Shown here in pieces: positions 51,424 through 64,000 of a DNA stretch of 64,000 nt. A model generated the notes under the pieces. The model ran no database searches. It was given only the letters and a program-made list of their open reading frames with translations, and was not told the origin of the DNA. Each line of letters opens with the position of its first letter. The first letter of the stretch is position 1. Position numbers and translations under genes: made by a program. Source of the stretch: Rhynchobatus australiae (lineage: Eukaryota); assembly GCA_034780895.1 (NCBI GenBank), contig JAUZTB010000072.1, positions 14,968,508-15,032,507 of the forward strand. Direction: 5' to 3'.

Positions 51424-54400
51424 CTGTTAGGAAAAGCAGATGAGATATTAATAAATAGAAGGTCTAGGATATCTTTCAAACAACACTGTGGAACTGATTG
51501 TAATGTGTTTCACTGCAGAGCATTTTACTGTTTCTCACATTTGTTTTTTCAAAATGAAATAATTACCCCTGATAAGGCTTCAAATCCTCCTTCATCTGAC
51601 CCTTCTCTATATCACATTTACAAAAAGTCTCAAAATAAAGCAAGAAGATGAACAGAATGAAGCAGTTGAGATCAGCTCTTAACTTTGTTAAGATTATAAA
51701 GGCACACAGAAAGATATACAGGTGGAATTTAGCAAGCAGTGTTAGAACTNNNNNNNNNNNNNNNNNNNNNNNNNNNNNNNNNNNNNNNNNNNNNNNNNNN
51801 NNNNNNNNNNNNNNNNNNNNNNNNNNNNNNNNNNNNNNNNNNNNNNNNNNNNNNNNNNNNNNTTAAGAAATGCAGTATCATTGGGAGTTCAATAAGTATA
51901 ATGGGGGATTGCAAAATTCATACAATGCCTGTATTAATTGGAAATATTCAACAACAGAATTATAGATAATGTCCTACCAAACTTGTGTTTTTGTTTAGAG
52001 TGTGCACTTTGGGATATGAAAGACCTGAAGTATTAATCTGTCATTGATAGTGGGTAAAATTTGAGGGTATATCATATACACACACGTCACATAACACAAC
52101 ATTAAAGCTGCTGGTTTAATGGAAATATTTTCTCTGAAGACTGGCACTTCAGAGAGAATAATAGTGTGGATTCCTGGCAAGTGGGCCATTTCATTTTGAG
52201 ACATTATAAAATAGGTACCTTTCCAGTTAAGTGGCTATTAATAGCTGCAGTTGATTGGCAAGATAAAGGATAATATTCAGTGAAGGAAAAAAAAAATCAC
52301 AGGATTCAACACACAAGAGGTCTTTATGCTTAATAACAAAAACATCCGACGGTAAAATTCACATTAAAAAAATTCATTAGAATACAATTGCTTAGCACAG
52401 CATCTTTTATGTGGAACTTTCTTCACTCCTGTGGGAAACGTTGCTTGCTGGGGCGTGGATTCCACAAACATCGATCATGCTCCAGTATCTCATACAAAAA
52501 GTGACTTCTAAGTGAAGCCTAGAGAGTACAGGCGGAGGTTGGCTTGAGGGAGAAAAACAATGCTGACACAAATAGACCATCTTAAAAAAGGTCAAAAAGT
52601 ATGGTGATAGTGGAATCCTTGGTAAATAGGGTAGATTTCAAGCTGAAATTTCAGTTAACATTTAGACATTTAATTTTTTTTTAAAAAGGAAACTGCATTT
52701 TGCTCAGTCAAAAGAAAATGCCCAATGACACTNNNNNNNNNNNNNNNNNAACTAAGTGACTGCCTGAATATAACTAATTACTGCGAGCAGGAAGTACTGA
52801 GCACATGCAACTTATAAGTGGCTTGAAAAGGTTTACAAAAGTAAGTAATTATCTGCTGTTGCAGCACTCATTTAAGTAGTGTGCACCATAAAAACTGCAT
52901 TAAGTTAAGAATGTGGCAAGTGTGTAAATTTATGGGTTGGAGGGAGGGGAGGGGAAGGGGATACAGCTTTTTGCCTTGTAGTGGTTCAAGAAAGCTTAAA
53001 GCAATGGATATTTGAAATTACTAGTGCTTTGCTGTTCCCTACAAAAAGACAGAATATTTTCCAAGTGGTGGAAGACTGGCCAGCTAAGTCAGAATCCATG
53101 CACAAAGATTGTTAAGAGTTTCACAGGGGTAAAGAAAATTTAAAAAAAGCAAATGCATTGCTGGCCTAGAAAGCAAATTTGAAATAAATCTTAGAGGTCA
53201 TTGATCTCAAACGTTAACTTGTGGCTCTCCACGGATGCTGCCTGATCTTGAATATTTCCCAGATTACATGCTTTTATTTCAAGTTCTCACATCTGTAGTG
53301 TTTTGCTTTATCACTGGAAATCAAGGTGGATAAATGTCACGCTACAGCAAGACAAAGTCCTGATGAGAACACATCTGGAGTTTTTCTGGACTCAGAGTGC
53401 AGAGACCAGATGTTACACAAACTAGTGTTCCATTCCCTGAAGCTCAAAGTATAATTGACTCAAATTTTTAAGAGATTAACAGAACTGATGAGACAGACAG
53501 AGGAACCATTGGTTCTTGAAATACAAGTCAGAGCCAGAACCTTCAGGAGTTATGAACTTAAAAAACCTGTCTCAAAATAAAACAGCAACTGGGCCTTGGG
53601 TGGTGCAGTGCCGAGGCCCATCCCAGAATGCACTTGACCAGATTTGACAGCAAAAGTTTGGACGTGTGGAAAANNNNNNNNNNNNNNNNNNNNNNNNNNN
53701 NNNNNNNNNNNNNNNNNNNNNNNNNNNNNNNNNNNNNNNNNNNNACAAATGGGGCTAAGATGGCGATATGGATTTGGCTGCATTAGCTTTATTTCCCCCA
53801 ATGAACAGTAGAAAGGCCTCACCCTGTTTCTTATCAAGAGTTTAAACCCAATCTCAAAATAATTTCCAGTAATAGTCATTGATTAAGTATGAGAACCCAG
53901 TTTAATTGTACTCAGTTTTGAGTCAAAGTGTATCACCTTCAGTTTCTGCCCTCGATGCACATCAGATATTATCTGGGATCATTCTCGTCTGTGTGGCGCA
54001 GTTCCACAATAGGTAAAGTTGCTGACTCACTAGGGGGAACAGCTTTACAAGTACTTAATAGATCTGATCTCAGTCAAGGAGAAAATCTCCAAAAGGAAGT
54101 CAATACTCCCAGCTGCCCAGGGTATTGATCTGGCAGAACAGATGCAGCCTGCAAAGGAGTATGACTTTGCAACAACAGGGAACAGAAGGAATAAAATCCT
54201 CTGCTTTAAAGATGCAACTCACTGTAAACCAATTAATTACATGCTGACAGGTTACTGCACAAATACTTTGTTTAAATAAACAACTAGACATACTATGATA
54301 TTTCAAACAAACTTTTAAACAGTTGTTAGCTTCCTTAACGATCCAAACTGGGTATCAACATAACTGTTGACCTTTTGGTATTTCTGAATCAACAAGCTAT

Positions 54401-55419
54401 GCAAACCCACACTATTAGTCTTCATCTTAAATGTTGTACGTGAAATTTGGCCAATGATGGAAAGGCCATTGGTTATGAATGAGGAGATGTACATGTATGA
54501 GCCCCAAAGATTCAGGTGGTCCTTAATTCTTTTGTGACCTTTAAGTCACTTTGCCCTCTTTGTTACACAAATGATACCCTGGAGCAAGAGGTGATACCTC
54601 TTCTGGAAAATCCCTCAGCTATGCTCAACAGTGGGTGAGCTCCAGACCCTGCAGAAGTCTTATCTCGTCACCCCAAGTCCAGGCCTTGTTGAATGGGCTT
54701 TACACCACATCACCTTCCCAAGCCCCAATGGGTTTCAGCCCAGGCAAAAAAATCAGTTAAAAAACATTTGTGGGAAAGAAATGTAATTCTATTTTAAATG
54801 AATAAAGATGAGGGAGAATAAAAATGAACAACAAAATATTAATTAAAAAGCCCAATAAAGCTTTAAGGTGGATCCAATACCTGAGAAATACTAAACACCA
54901 CCCAATAAGCCAAATTGTGCTGTCCCACTGCCCACATACAACCTCCCCAAACTCACATACATCTGGTCAGAGAGTTGACTTCCCAACCCTCAGGCAGCAT
55001 TGGTGTCAAGCCCCCCACCCAGACTGCACCTGGGTTTTCTTTCCACCAAAGTGGAAGCATTTTAAATAATTTTTACATGTCTGATAGAAAACTTGACAGA
55101 AAAGTCACTTAGGATTTTTTTAAATATATTCTTCCCCTTTGCATTCTAACCTGCAGGCCTAGAATCCTTCCTGAGTATTTACTTACGTATTCTATCCATG
55201 AATAACCTGGCCGTATACTAATTTTGCCCACTGTCACACTAGTTGACAGAGAAGTTGGTGCCGTCAACCAAACTTAACACAGAACTAACCGTGTAAAAGG
55301 AAGCCCAAATAGATTGCTGCTCAGTGCACTTCAGATCCATATCCTTTTGCCATACCAAATTAGTTTGTCATGAACCGCTGTAGCTCTATTGTTCTCCAAA
55401 TTAAATAATGACTTTAGAA

Positions 55420-56625
55420 AATCAGAAGGCAATCAAGCAGGGTCAACATGGTGTTATGAAAGGGAAATGGTGATTGACAAATTTGTTTGAATTCTTTGCA
55501 GATGTAACAAACAGGGTGGATAAAGGGCAGCCAGCAGAGGCTGTGCATTTGGATTTCCAGAAGGTGCAAGGAGCCACATTAAAAAGGTATTGTACAAGAG
55601 TGCAGGGGGTTGGAGGTAATACATTGGCATGGATAGGGAATGGCCAACTAACAGACTGGCAATCAGAAACTAGGAGAATGCCAATGGGATTACTGCTGGG
55701 GTCTCAACCATTTGTAACCTATATCGATGACTAGGATGAAGGGATGTGTTACTGGAGCCAAATTTGCCGACGTTAACAAAAAAAGGTAGATTAGGAAATT
55801 GTGTAGGAAACAAAGGGACATAGATAGGTTAAGTGAGTGAGTAAGATTTTGGCAGATCATCTGGGAACATTTTGGGGGAATCTAAGAAGTTGTGAGGTTA
55901 TCCACTTTAGAAGAATGGAAAAGCAAACTATTATTTAAATGGTGTGAGATTATAAATGTTGAGTCCTACTATATATGAAACATGAANNNNNNNNNNNNNN
56001 NNNNNNNNNNNNNNNNNNNNNNNNNNNNNNNNNNNNNNNNNNNNNNNNNNNNNNNNNNNNNNNNNNNNNNNNNNNNNNNNNNNNNNNNNNNNNNNNNNNN
56101 NNNNNNNNNNNNNNNNNNNNNNNNNNNNNNNNNNNNNNNNNNNNNNNNNNNNNNNNNNNNNNNNNNNNNNNNNNNNNNNNNNNNNNNNNNNNNNNNNNNN
56201 NNNNNNNNNNNNNNNNNNNNNNNNNNNNNNNNNNNNNNNNNNNNNNNNNNNNNNNNNNNNNNNNNNNNNNNNNNNNNNNNNNNNNNNNNNNNNNNNNNNN
56301 NNNNNNNNNNNNNNNNNNNNNNNNNNNNNNNNNNNNNNNNNNNNNNNNNNNNNNNNNNNNNNNNNNNNNNNNNNNNNNNNNNNNNNNNNNNNNNNNNNNN
56401 NNNNNNNNNNNNNNNNNNNNNNNNNNNNNNNNNNNNNNNNNNNNNNNNNNNNNNNNNNNNNNNNNNNNNNNNNNNNNNNNNNNNNNNNNNNNNNNNNNNN
56501 NNNNNNNNNNNNNNNNNNNGTGTAAATCAAGTATAAAAGCAGGCAATCTCTGTTGCAACTTTACATAGTGCTGGTGAGACCACATCTAGAACACTGAGCA
56601 CTGCTTTGGTCTCCATATTTCCAGA
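55420..56625 (+). mobile_element. CR1 LINE RT fragment spanning a gap
   Basis: IKQGQHGVMKGK..LTNLFEFFADVTNRVDKGQPAEAVHLDFQK...LLGSQPFVTYIDD...KFAD; after the gap, LVRPHLEH. Confidence 0.85.
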
Positions 56626-59600
56626 TGAGCAGAAATACTCCATTTGGTCCCTCAAGCTCAATACAGACAAAGTTCCAAATAATTTCCACAAAATGACACC
56701 CATATTCAGATGCAAGGTTTAAGAAAGCCTTGGAGCCTAGTGACATTTTCCACATGCTAACCATCACTTGAAGGCTGCTATTTGAACATCCAAGGAAGAT
56801 TTGCACAGAACCACTTTTGTATCAGGCCTGAGCCTGGGGTTATTCTTCACTCAGTGTGGAGTTATACAGACTCATCCACTCTACAGGGGCACATATTCCA
56901 TTCACACATCCCTGGTGTCCTAGACTGAAAGCGACAAGGGATGATACTAGACTGATACTGCCAACTCCATAAATATCAGTCTGGAATTTGTGGCACTGTT
57001 AATGGCAATGTTATCAGTGTCCACTCTTATTGGTCAGTGAAGCAGACAGGATACCCTACTCCTCCACCCCTGTTGCAGTATTAACTAATAACAGATGTCA
57101 GTGTTAAGCGATAATATTAAACTAATTACTCACTATTACCGCACTAAAGAGCAACAAAAAACTCGATGTGCATTTTCTAAGCACCTTTAACATTGTAAAA
57201 CATGCTGGAGGTGCTGCATAGGAGAGTTATCAGAACTTTGTTACTGAACACATTATTCACTGTTCCTAATGAAATAATAGCAAGTAAAAACAGAAAGTAG
57301 AGTGGGTGGTCAAAAACCTGTGGGTTTAAGATGCATATTAGAAAAGTAAAGAGGAAGGCCAATGAAGATGTTTAGGTTAAGAAACTCTAGAACTAAGTCC
57401 TCGGGAGCTGAAAATACACAATGGCTAAGTCAGGAGTAACTTAAGATTTAAACTCTAATTATCACTGGCCTTTAAACTCTAAATTAAACTCTAAGCCTCT
57501 CTGGCCTTGAAAAATAAACGCTGCATGTGGATTCTATTTTTCAGGAACATTACAATGTTGTAGATTTTATCAAAACAAAAAGCTCTGTTTTACTATTAAA
57601 AGTTCTTCCCTTAATCTCATATTACACTTGCCAATCTTTCTGCACAACAGTGTAAGAGTAATTTTTATTTCCTGTTTTTCTGTCTGTATCATCTTTCATC
57701 TGATCTAGGAAATGAGGAAAACGGCAGCAGCAATTCCTTCACTGCAGATGGCTTCTCAATTTACAATTAAAAGTATGGATTAATAAACAATTGCCAATCT
57801 TCAATATTTTCCCTCATTATTGGCAGTAATGAGGAAAAATATCTGTTCTCTCTCTGCTTTGCTCATACAACTAGAGAAAATTTTCTTCTCCTCCAAACCA
57901 GAAGCCTGCTCTGTTGGTTCTTAGCTCAGTGGTGTTTAGAAATCAGCAGCAACTGTACCTGCTGCAATCTGCACCACAATAGAGTGAAATAATTTACATC
58001 TGTACTTGAATGCCACAGAGAACAATTTGTACCATCAGAATTAATGAATTGATGCTTTGGCAAAAGCACCAGAAGAACTGCGGAAACACAGAGGGAGAGG
58101 GGAAGAAAGCAGCAGAATGTGTCTGCACCTTAATCCTACCATTGAGCTCAATAACACCTCAGAGCCAAATCACCATCACCTGCTACATTTCAATAAAAAT
58201 ATAGAGGACATGAAACTGCAGTTCAAATACATTGAAATGGACCTTCATATGTAAATATGCACGCCTAGGTGGTCTTGCTGAGGGTTAGGGGTCAGTGAAA
58301 ACATGCTTTTAAGCTGCCTTTGAGCCAACTGAAAACNNNNNNNNNNNNNNNNGCTTTACTTCATGACCTCAAAATACTATCACAGTCGCAACTCACCAAG
58401 TAAAACCATGGGATTGCATCAGATTTACAAAAATAAAGCAGGATGCATTTTAAAACCACAGACTTCCAAGCATTAACCAAGAAATGAAAATACATTTCCA
58501 GCTGAAAGTACATACTGCTGCTTATTAAATGGTTCAGTTGCTTTTAGTTGAACTGTAAACGTCTTCTTACTTTAGACAATGGAATTACCCTTCAGCTATT
58601 TTAAAAAGCAAGCTTGCGTGTCAATCAATAAGCAGGAGGCATGACAGAGGTTAGCTGGGAACAGCTGACAAGGCTTCTATCTGATAAGTGCATTAGCATT
58701 CAAGACTTTATACAATAATTATAAAACCACATGGTCAAAAAACTGATTTATTCACCTCTATATTGCAATTATATTCACTGTGAATGGCAGTAATAGGACA
58801 CCACAATTAGATTTTTAAAGTACAACAAAGACTGCACTGCACTAGTTGGTCAACTAAGTTGCAAGGAGGGCAGGCTATGACTGCAGCACTGTGCACTCTC
58901 ATAAGCAGTAAAATATTGTCTTGCCAGGATTGTAAATATTAAAAGCTCCTGTATATTAAAAATAGCGATTACTCCTGTGCCTATAATGCAAACCAACAAT
59001 ACTCTGCCTAAGCCTACAGATAGATTCTTTTGATCATAGATTAAGACAAGGATTTTATTGATCTGGGTTGTGATTAGGAACAGTGCTTCAAACAACAAGA
59101 GTACTCCAGCAAACTCTAATGGCTCCTCTACAAACCAAGTTCAGCACTTTTCAGTAGATCCCTCATCATCCTACTTCAATTTTGGTGTTAGAGAGAAGAG
59201 CTGCANNNNNNNNNNGCTGCATCCACATTCACAACAAACAAATAAAGACCTAAAAAGAAAGCTCTTCAAAGCCTCTAATAGATTATCACTCGTTTCCTCC
59301 AGCCACCCTCAACAAATGTTTCAGGAGAGGTATAAAAACATGGTGATCATCTTTAAAGAAACTAATTCCTCATCAGCTCCTTAAACTGATGTAGAAACAT
59401 TTCAGCAGGCCCTTGCTAACTAACATCATTACTGGATATACTCAAATTACTTTCAATCAAGGTATGTTCCAAGTTCCTTAAATGTGGGGAATGAAAATTA
59501 CCATCTCAATTCATAATAGCAGTCCTTTCTTATTCTACTTCTGATATCTTTGATAGCCCCAAACTCCAAAAGGTGTCTCTAGCCTCTTTATAGGAGGAAA

Positions 59601-59759
59601 TTTACCTCATCTTCTTCCTGGGTTATTTAAGGTATTTACTGTTTTGAGGTAGTTACATCTATAAGTTTTTCTTTATAGTTGTAGGTGCCCAAATTGAAAC
59701 CATGCAAGTTAACCTAGGGTTCAGATTACCTATTCTGCATTGGACCATAATACGATTGG

Positions 59760-60105
59760 GTACATTGGCACATTGTTATTGCACTGGTAATTTAAAGGCC
59801 TGAAATAATAATCCAGAGAACAAAGAATTCAAATAGCACACCTATAGTTTAGGAATTTGAATCAACTTTGGAAAAAAACTGGTATCAATAAAATTAATGA
59901 TACACATGCCAAGCTGTCTTAAAAACCAAACTAATTTGTACATCCTTCAGGCAAGGGAAGATACCATCATTGCTTGTTATATGCAACTCCTGACCAACAT
60001 AAGAGTGCTTCACTCTTAACTACCACTAGAATTCATGAAGATGGCCTAGCACATTCTCAGGAACAAGTACAAATAAGCTTTAAATGCCAGTGACCTGCAC
60101 ACTTT
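59760..60105 (+). mobile_element. Decayed SINE sharing a 3' tail with the LINE at 14615-15450
   Basis: taatccagag...ttcaaat head and cactcttaact...aaatgccagtgacctgcac tail. Assigned by recall only. Confidence 0.4.
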
Positions 60106-60828
60106 CCAAGTCACACCTAATTCAATAACAGAACTGCCAGGATCGTCTATAGTTAATGTTCTAGATTCATTTGGACAGAGACCTAAATAGGCAAAGTATA
60201 AAATGATACAGTACTAATAAGACAAATGGGATTAGTGTAAATGAGCAAAAGGTCAATATGAATGTGGTGGGATGAAGGGCCAGTTTCTATAATGTTCAGT
60301 TCTATGATTATGGCTCAAAAAGTTTCAGTTCAATTTATTGACAGCACAACATACCCAAGGTGGGGTGACGGTGGTGATGGCTTTCTATAAGCTGGTAATT
60401 CATTAATACTTGCCTCTACGGTTTAGGTGGTGTATCTGAAGACTTATTTTAAAAATCCCTTTTACCTCCGCGCTAGCTACTTTATGGATGTTCTCATTAA
60501 ATCCCAGGTGTCTTTGTGATGTTGTTGCTTCAGTATGTTTGGTGGAAGAAAATTACCTTAGATAGGTACTAGACCCAACTTCATGAAACCACTGTAGTGG
60601 TAGCACTTGTGTTTTTTCTCCTTCCAAATAACCTCATGAGGTTTATCAGAAATCTACAATTTAATCCTCGACACTGCATACTGCACTCTACAACTTACTG
60701 CACAATAAATGACAAGAAATTAAGAAGAGTTAAACAGAGGCCTTCCAAAGAGGGGTCATTTTCTGTCTTTCAGATGTAGATTTAACTGTTGTGCTCTCAG
60801 TAACTTTGGATATCAAGACTGATACCTA

Positions 60829-60936
<108 letters not shown>

Positions 60937-61882
60937 CTAGAAGCATCCTACCAAATTCCTGAACAAAATAACCTATATTAATGATGCATGAACATTTATC
61001 AACCAGCAACCAAAGCTCAGTGCAGTTTGAAAAAGGGAGAAGTTAAAAGAGCTACCAAGGCTGTACACTGGGCAAGGCTGACTGCCAGGCAAAGAGAAAG
61101 AAACCACCATCATAAACTGGAAAAATACATTATTGGGTAAAATGACCTTAGATCAATGGTAGGTATTGAACAACACATTTAGTATGAAACAGAACCAAAT
61201 GTACACTAAAGGGTAAAATCTCTAATTGCCTTAAACTAGATGGATAATTAAAAAGGTAGTACAGATTATAGAGTTAAAAGAAAAAGCACCAAAAAAGCCA
61301 ACATAGGTAGTGCAGATCCCTACAACAGAGAGATTACAAAAGAACCAGAAGATGGTGAAACAGATAGATCAACTCTAAATGTGGAGTACTAAAAGAAACC
61401 AAAGCAAGTAACAGTCAACACAAGGGAAGTAGCTGTTCTTGAACCTAGGGGTGTGGGACTTCAGGCACCTGTTACGATATGGAGGGATGGGAGACTAGGG
61501 TGTACTGCAACACTAATTTTTCTCGTCCCTTCCTAACCAATCGGCACTGCTACCAAATCCCTTCCCACCAGAATCCTTTCAGAGCAATAGAAGCTGCATG
61601 CTTGCTCGCTCCCAGCCAAAGTTCCCAAACCCAAGTTTCATATTTGGGAGATGCTTCTCATCCACACCCAGTTACTAAATGAGGGGAGTAGATCCAGCCA
61701 GTGCATATCTTTCTGCACGATCAGCAAAGGCCCACCCTCGCACTGAATCCACTAAGGCCCTCATCAATTTAACTTTAAAATAAAAATGCTCAGAACTGAT
61801 CAGGACTAACGTACAAGCATCACCTCCTTGTATTAAGTATTCTTCAAAAAAGTTCAGAAGCGCATGTGGGTAATGTACTTAC

Positions 61883-61934
61883 TGTTGCTCTCTTCCGAAG
61901 GAACGCATCCGCCTCATCCACAAACAGCAAAAGC
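61883..61934 (-). CDS. ATAD3A: ATAD3 mitochondrial AAA+ ATPase, Walker B exon
   Basis: Minus-strand AG/GTAAGT boundaries. Translates (G)LLLFVDEADAFLRKRAT. Upstream exons lie beyond the window. Confidence 0.95.
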
Positions 61935-63819
61935 CTATGTACAGGAAACAATTTATTACCATTCCATTGACTTCAGACTAGTGCATTGAAATATTTAAAT
62001 CCAAAAGACACAAACAACTCATTCCTCTTATACACAAATGCCACGAAAGCTAAGAACACAGATCCAATAATAAAACGTTTTCAGAAAATGACCAAGTTGC
62101 ACCCGCATTTTTAAATAGATACAGTAGGTACACATGGAACACATGTAGGACTGACCCACAAAAATTTAAATGAAGGTTTCCCTTGATTGATGCCCACACA
62201 TAATGGATTTGGACTGTTGCATGTTCTTAAAAAGTACAAGTCTACTGTTCCAAACTTATTAACAGCAATGCAGAAAATTTAAGTTTCAATGTAGGTACAA
62301 TGCTGCTTATATTTTTGGTATTTAACTCAATTGGTGGTCAGCCTGGAAGCAAATAGCTGGAAGAACAAATTGTATGAACCTTTGGCAGCAATATTCATCT
62401 CCCAAACATAACTGCAACAGAAATCAGTGGAGTTCTGCAATATCACTGCCATGCAAGTATGTGGCTTACAAAGCAGGAATTAACCCTTACTGTACTGGTA
62501 AAATTTTAGTCAGTATTACTGCCTCAAACATCATTCATACAAATTTAAACTTATTCTTAAGCATTCTACAATTATTTAAGACACTGTAAAATTAACTGAG
62601 ATAGAATATAATTATGAAAAAAGTGACCTTCCCAACTCCTCTTCCCTACCCACCAAACTGATACAAACTCACCCTCTCCGGCTAGTAGCTGCCCAGTCAA
62701 AGACTTTGTGCATGGCAGTGACACCTTCACGTCCCATGGGGGCCACATCACCACCTGTCATGATAGCATAATCCATGCCGGAATGTACAGCTAGTCTCTG
62801 GCAAAAAAAAGAAATATTATAAAAGGTAAGGTGGGTCCTTTCCAAGTATCTTCCGTCACTAGTTCTTGCAGAAAGGCAACATTACAAATCTGAAGTATTT
62901 TCAGAGAAAGACTTTTGTTTACCTACAGGATACTCCAAAGTACATTTAAATTAATGAAGTACTTCAAGATGTAGTCATTGTTATAATTGATGAGAAATGC
63001 CAATGTGTATATAGCAAAATCTACAGAAGCAGCAATCAGATTTTTTAAGTGATATTGGGAGAAAATATACTGATTTTCTTCAAGAAGTGCCAAGAGACCA
63101 TATACATCTACTCAAGGATCAGATGGGATCTAGGATTAACATCCGATCCGAAAAACAGCACCCGTGTTAATGCAACACTCAACTGGTAAAGAACTGTAGC
63201 ATCAGACTACTGAGTGAAGACCAATGCAAAATACTCAGTTAATGAATAAGAGTACTCTGCCTATCCAAAGGCTTTTCTGATTTATTCTTAAGCATCTTTT
63301 AATGACCTAGTCCTCCAAACTGTTGAACTGAAAAAGCTACTACTAAGATCCTCTTATCCCTGAACTCTTAATTACAGCCATGGATTTATAACTGTATTTA
63401 ATACCAGTCAACATCTTGCTGAGTATGTGCACTCTCTATTCATGGAGTGTTTGCTTACATATTATTTGTCTTTGCACATGACAAGCACGCTATCTTTCCA
63501 CACTCACTACTTTTGAGACTGAGTATGTGCACCTCGGGGATGGATTGCTCTCTTACTAACTTGCCATTTCACATTCCACATTTATCTCAACTTTATCAGC
63601 AGCTCTATGACGTGGTCCAAAGCTTGTGGCATAAATGCAGAGCTTATTAATTCTTTAGTATACAAATGCATTTGATATGCACAGAAGTATTGGAATAAAT
63701 GTCCATTAATACTAGTGAATGCAGATCTATTAATATTTGGACATACGTTAATCAAAAGAACTCAAAAAGAAAAGTAGGCAGCCATTTGACCAGTCATATC
63801 TGCTCCTCCATTCCATAAG

Positions 63820-64000
63820 CATTGGAAAGGGTGCAGAGGAGATTTACCAGGATGCTGCCTGGTTTAGAGAGTATGCATTATGAGGAGAGACTTATGAGCG
63901 AGGGCTTTACTCTTTGGACAGAAGGAGGATGAGAGGAAACATGATAGAGGTGTACAAAATATTAAGAGGAATAGATAGAGTGGACAGCCAGCGCCTCTTT
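63820..64000 (+). mobile_element. Younger CR1 LINE fragment, running off the window
   Basis: LERVQRRFTRMLPGLESMHYEERL...GLYSLDRRRMRGNMIEVYKILRGIDRVDSQRLF, with one frameshift. Confidence 0.9.

Noticed and set aside
53355-53530. Exact CTGATGA motifs (also at ~8226, 12197, 15387 and 49975)
   Set aside because: No stem II, GAAA, UH and stem I arrangement can be built. No intact hammerhead was found by eye in the window.
55931-56585. ~200 aa ORFs (and similar ones at 13710-14050, 25819-26370 and 29814-30224)
   Set aside because: Almost entirely X residues from assembly gaps.

Overview
This is eukaryotic, vertebrate DNA from a gappy draft assembly. The repeat families (V-SINE/HE1-like SINEs, Deu-domain SINEs, CR1, Rex1/Babar, Penelope) suggest a cartilaginous fish; that assignment is an inference. 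The window holds the block syntenic with human 1p36.33. It contains the last three coding exons of SSU72 (+, 16700-19515), all four coding exons of TMEM240 (+, 20452-23464, last exon interrupted by an N-gap) and the last five coding exons of ATAD3 (-, 61934-43789), which converges on TMEM240. All exons were read by hand and have AG/GT boundaries with consistent phases. Most entries in the ORF track are spurious. The rest of the window is AT-rich intronic or intergenic DNA full of decayed transposons. Most notable observations: (1) a U12 minor-spliceosome branch site at the end of the >16.7 kb SSU72 intron; (2) about 12 dispersed copies of a Penelope-derived repeat that keeps the layout of a minimal type I hammerhead ribozyme, all with mutated catalytic cores, including an inverted pair in SSU72 intron 4 and a copy next to a Penelope RT fragment; (3) the SSU72 terminal exon and poly(A) signal lying inside the TMEM240 promoter CpG island; (4) V-SINEs carrying two different LINE tails. 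I found no well-supported, wholly new biological system.
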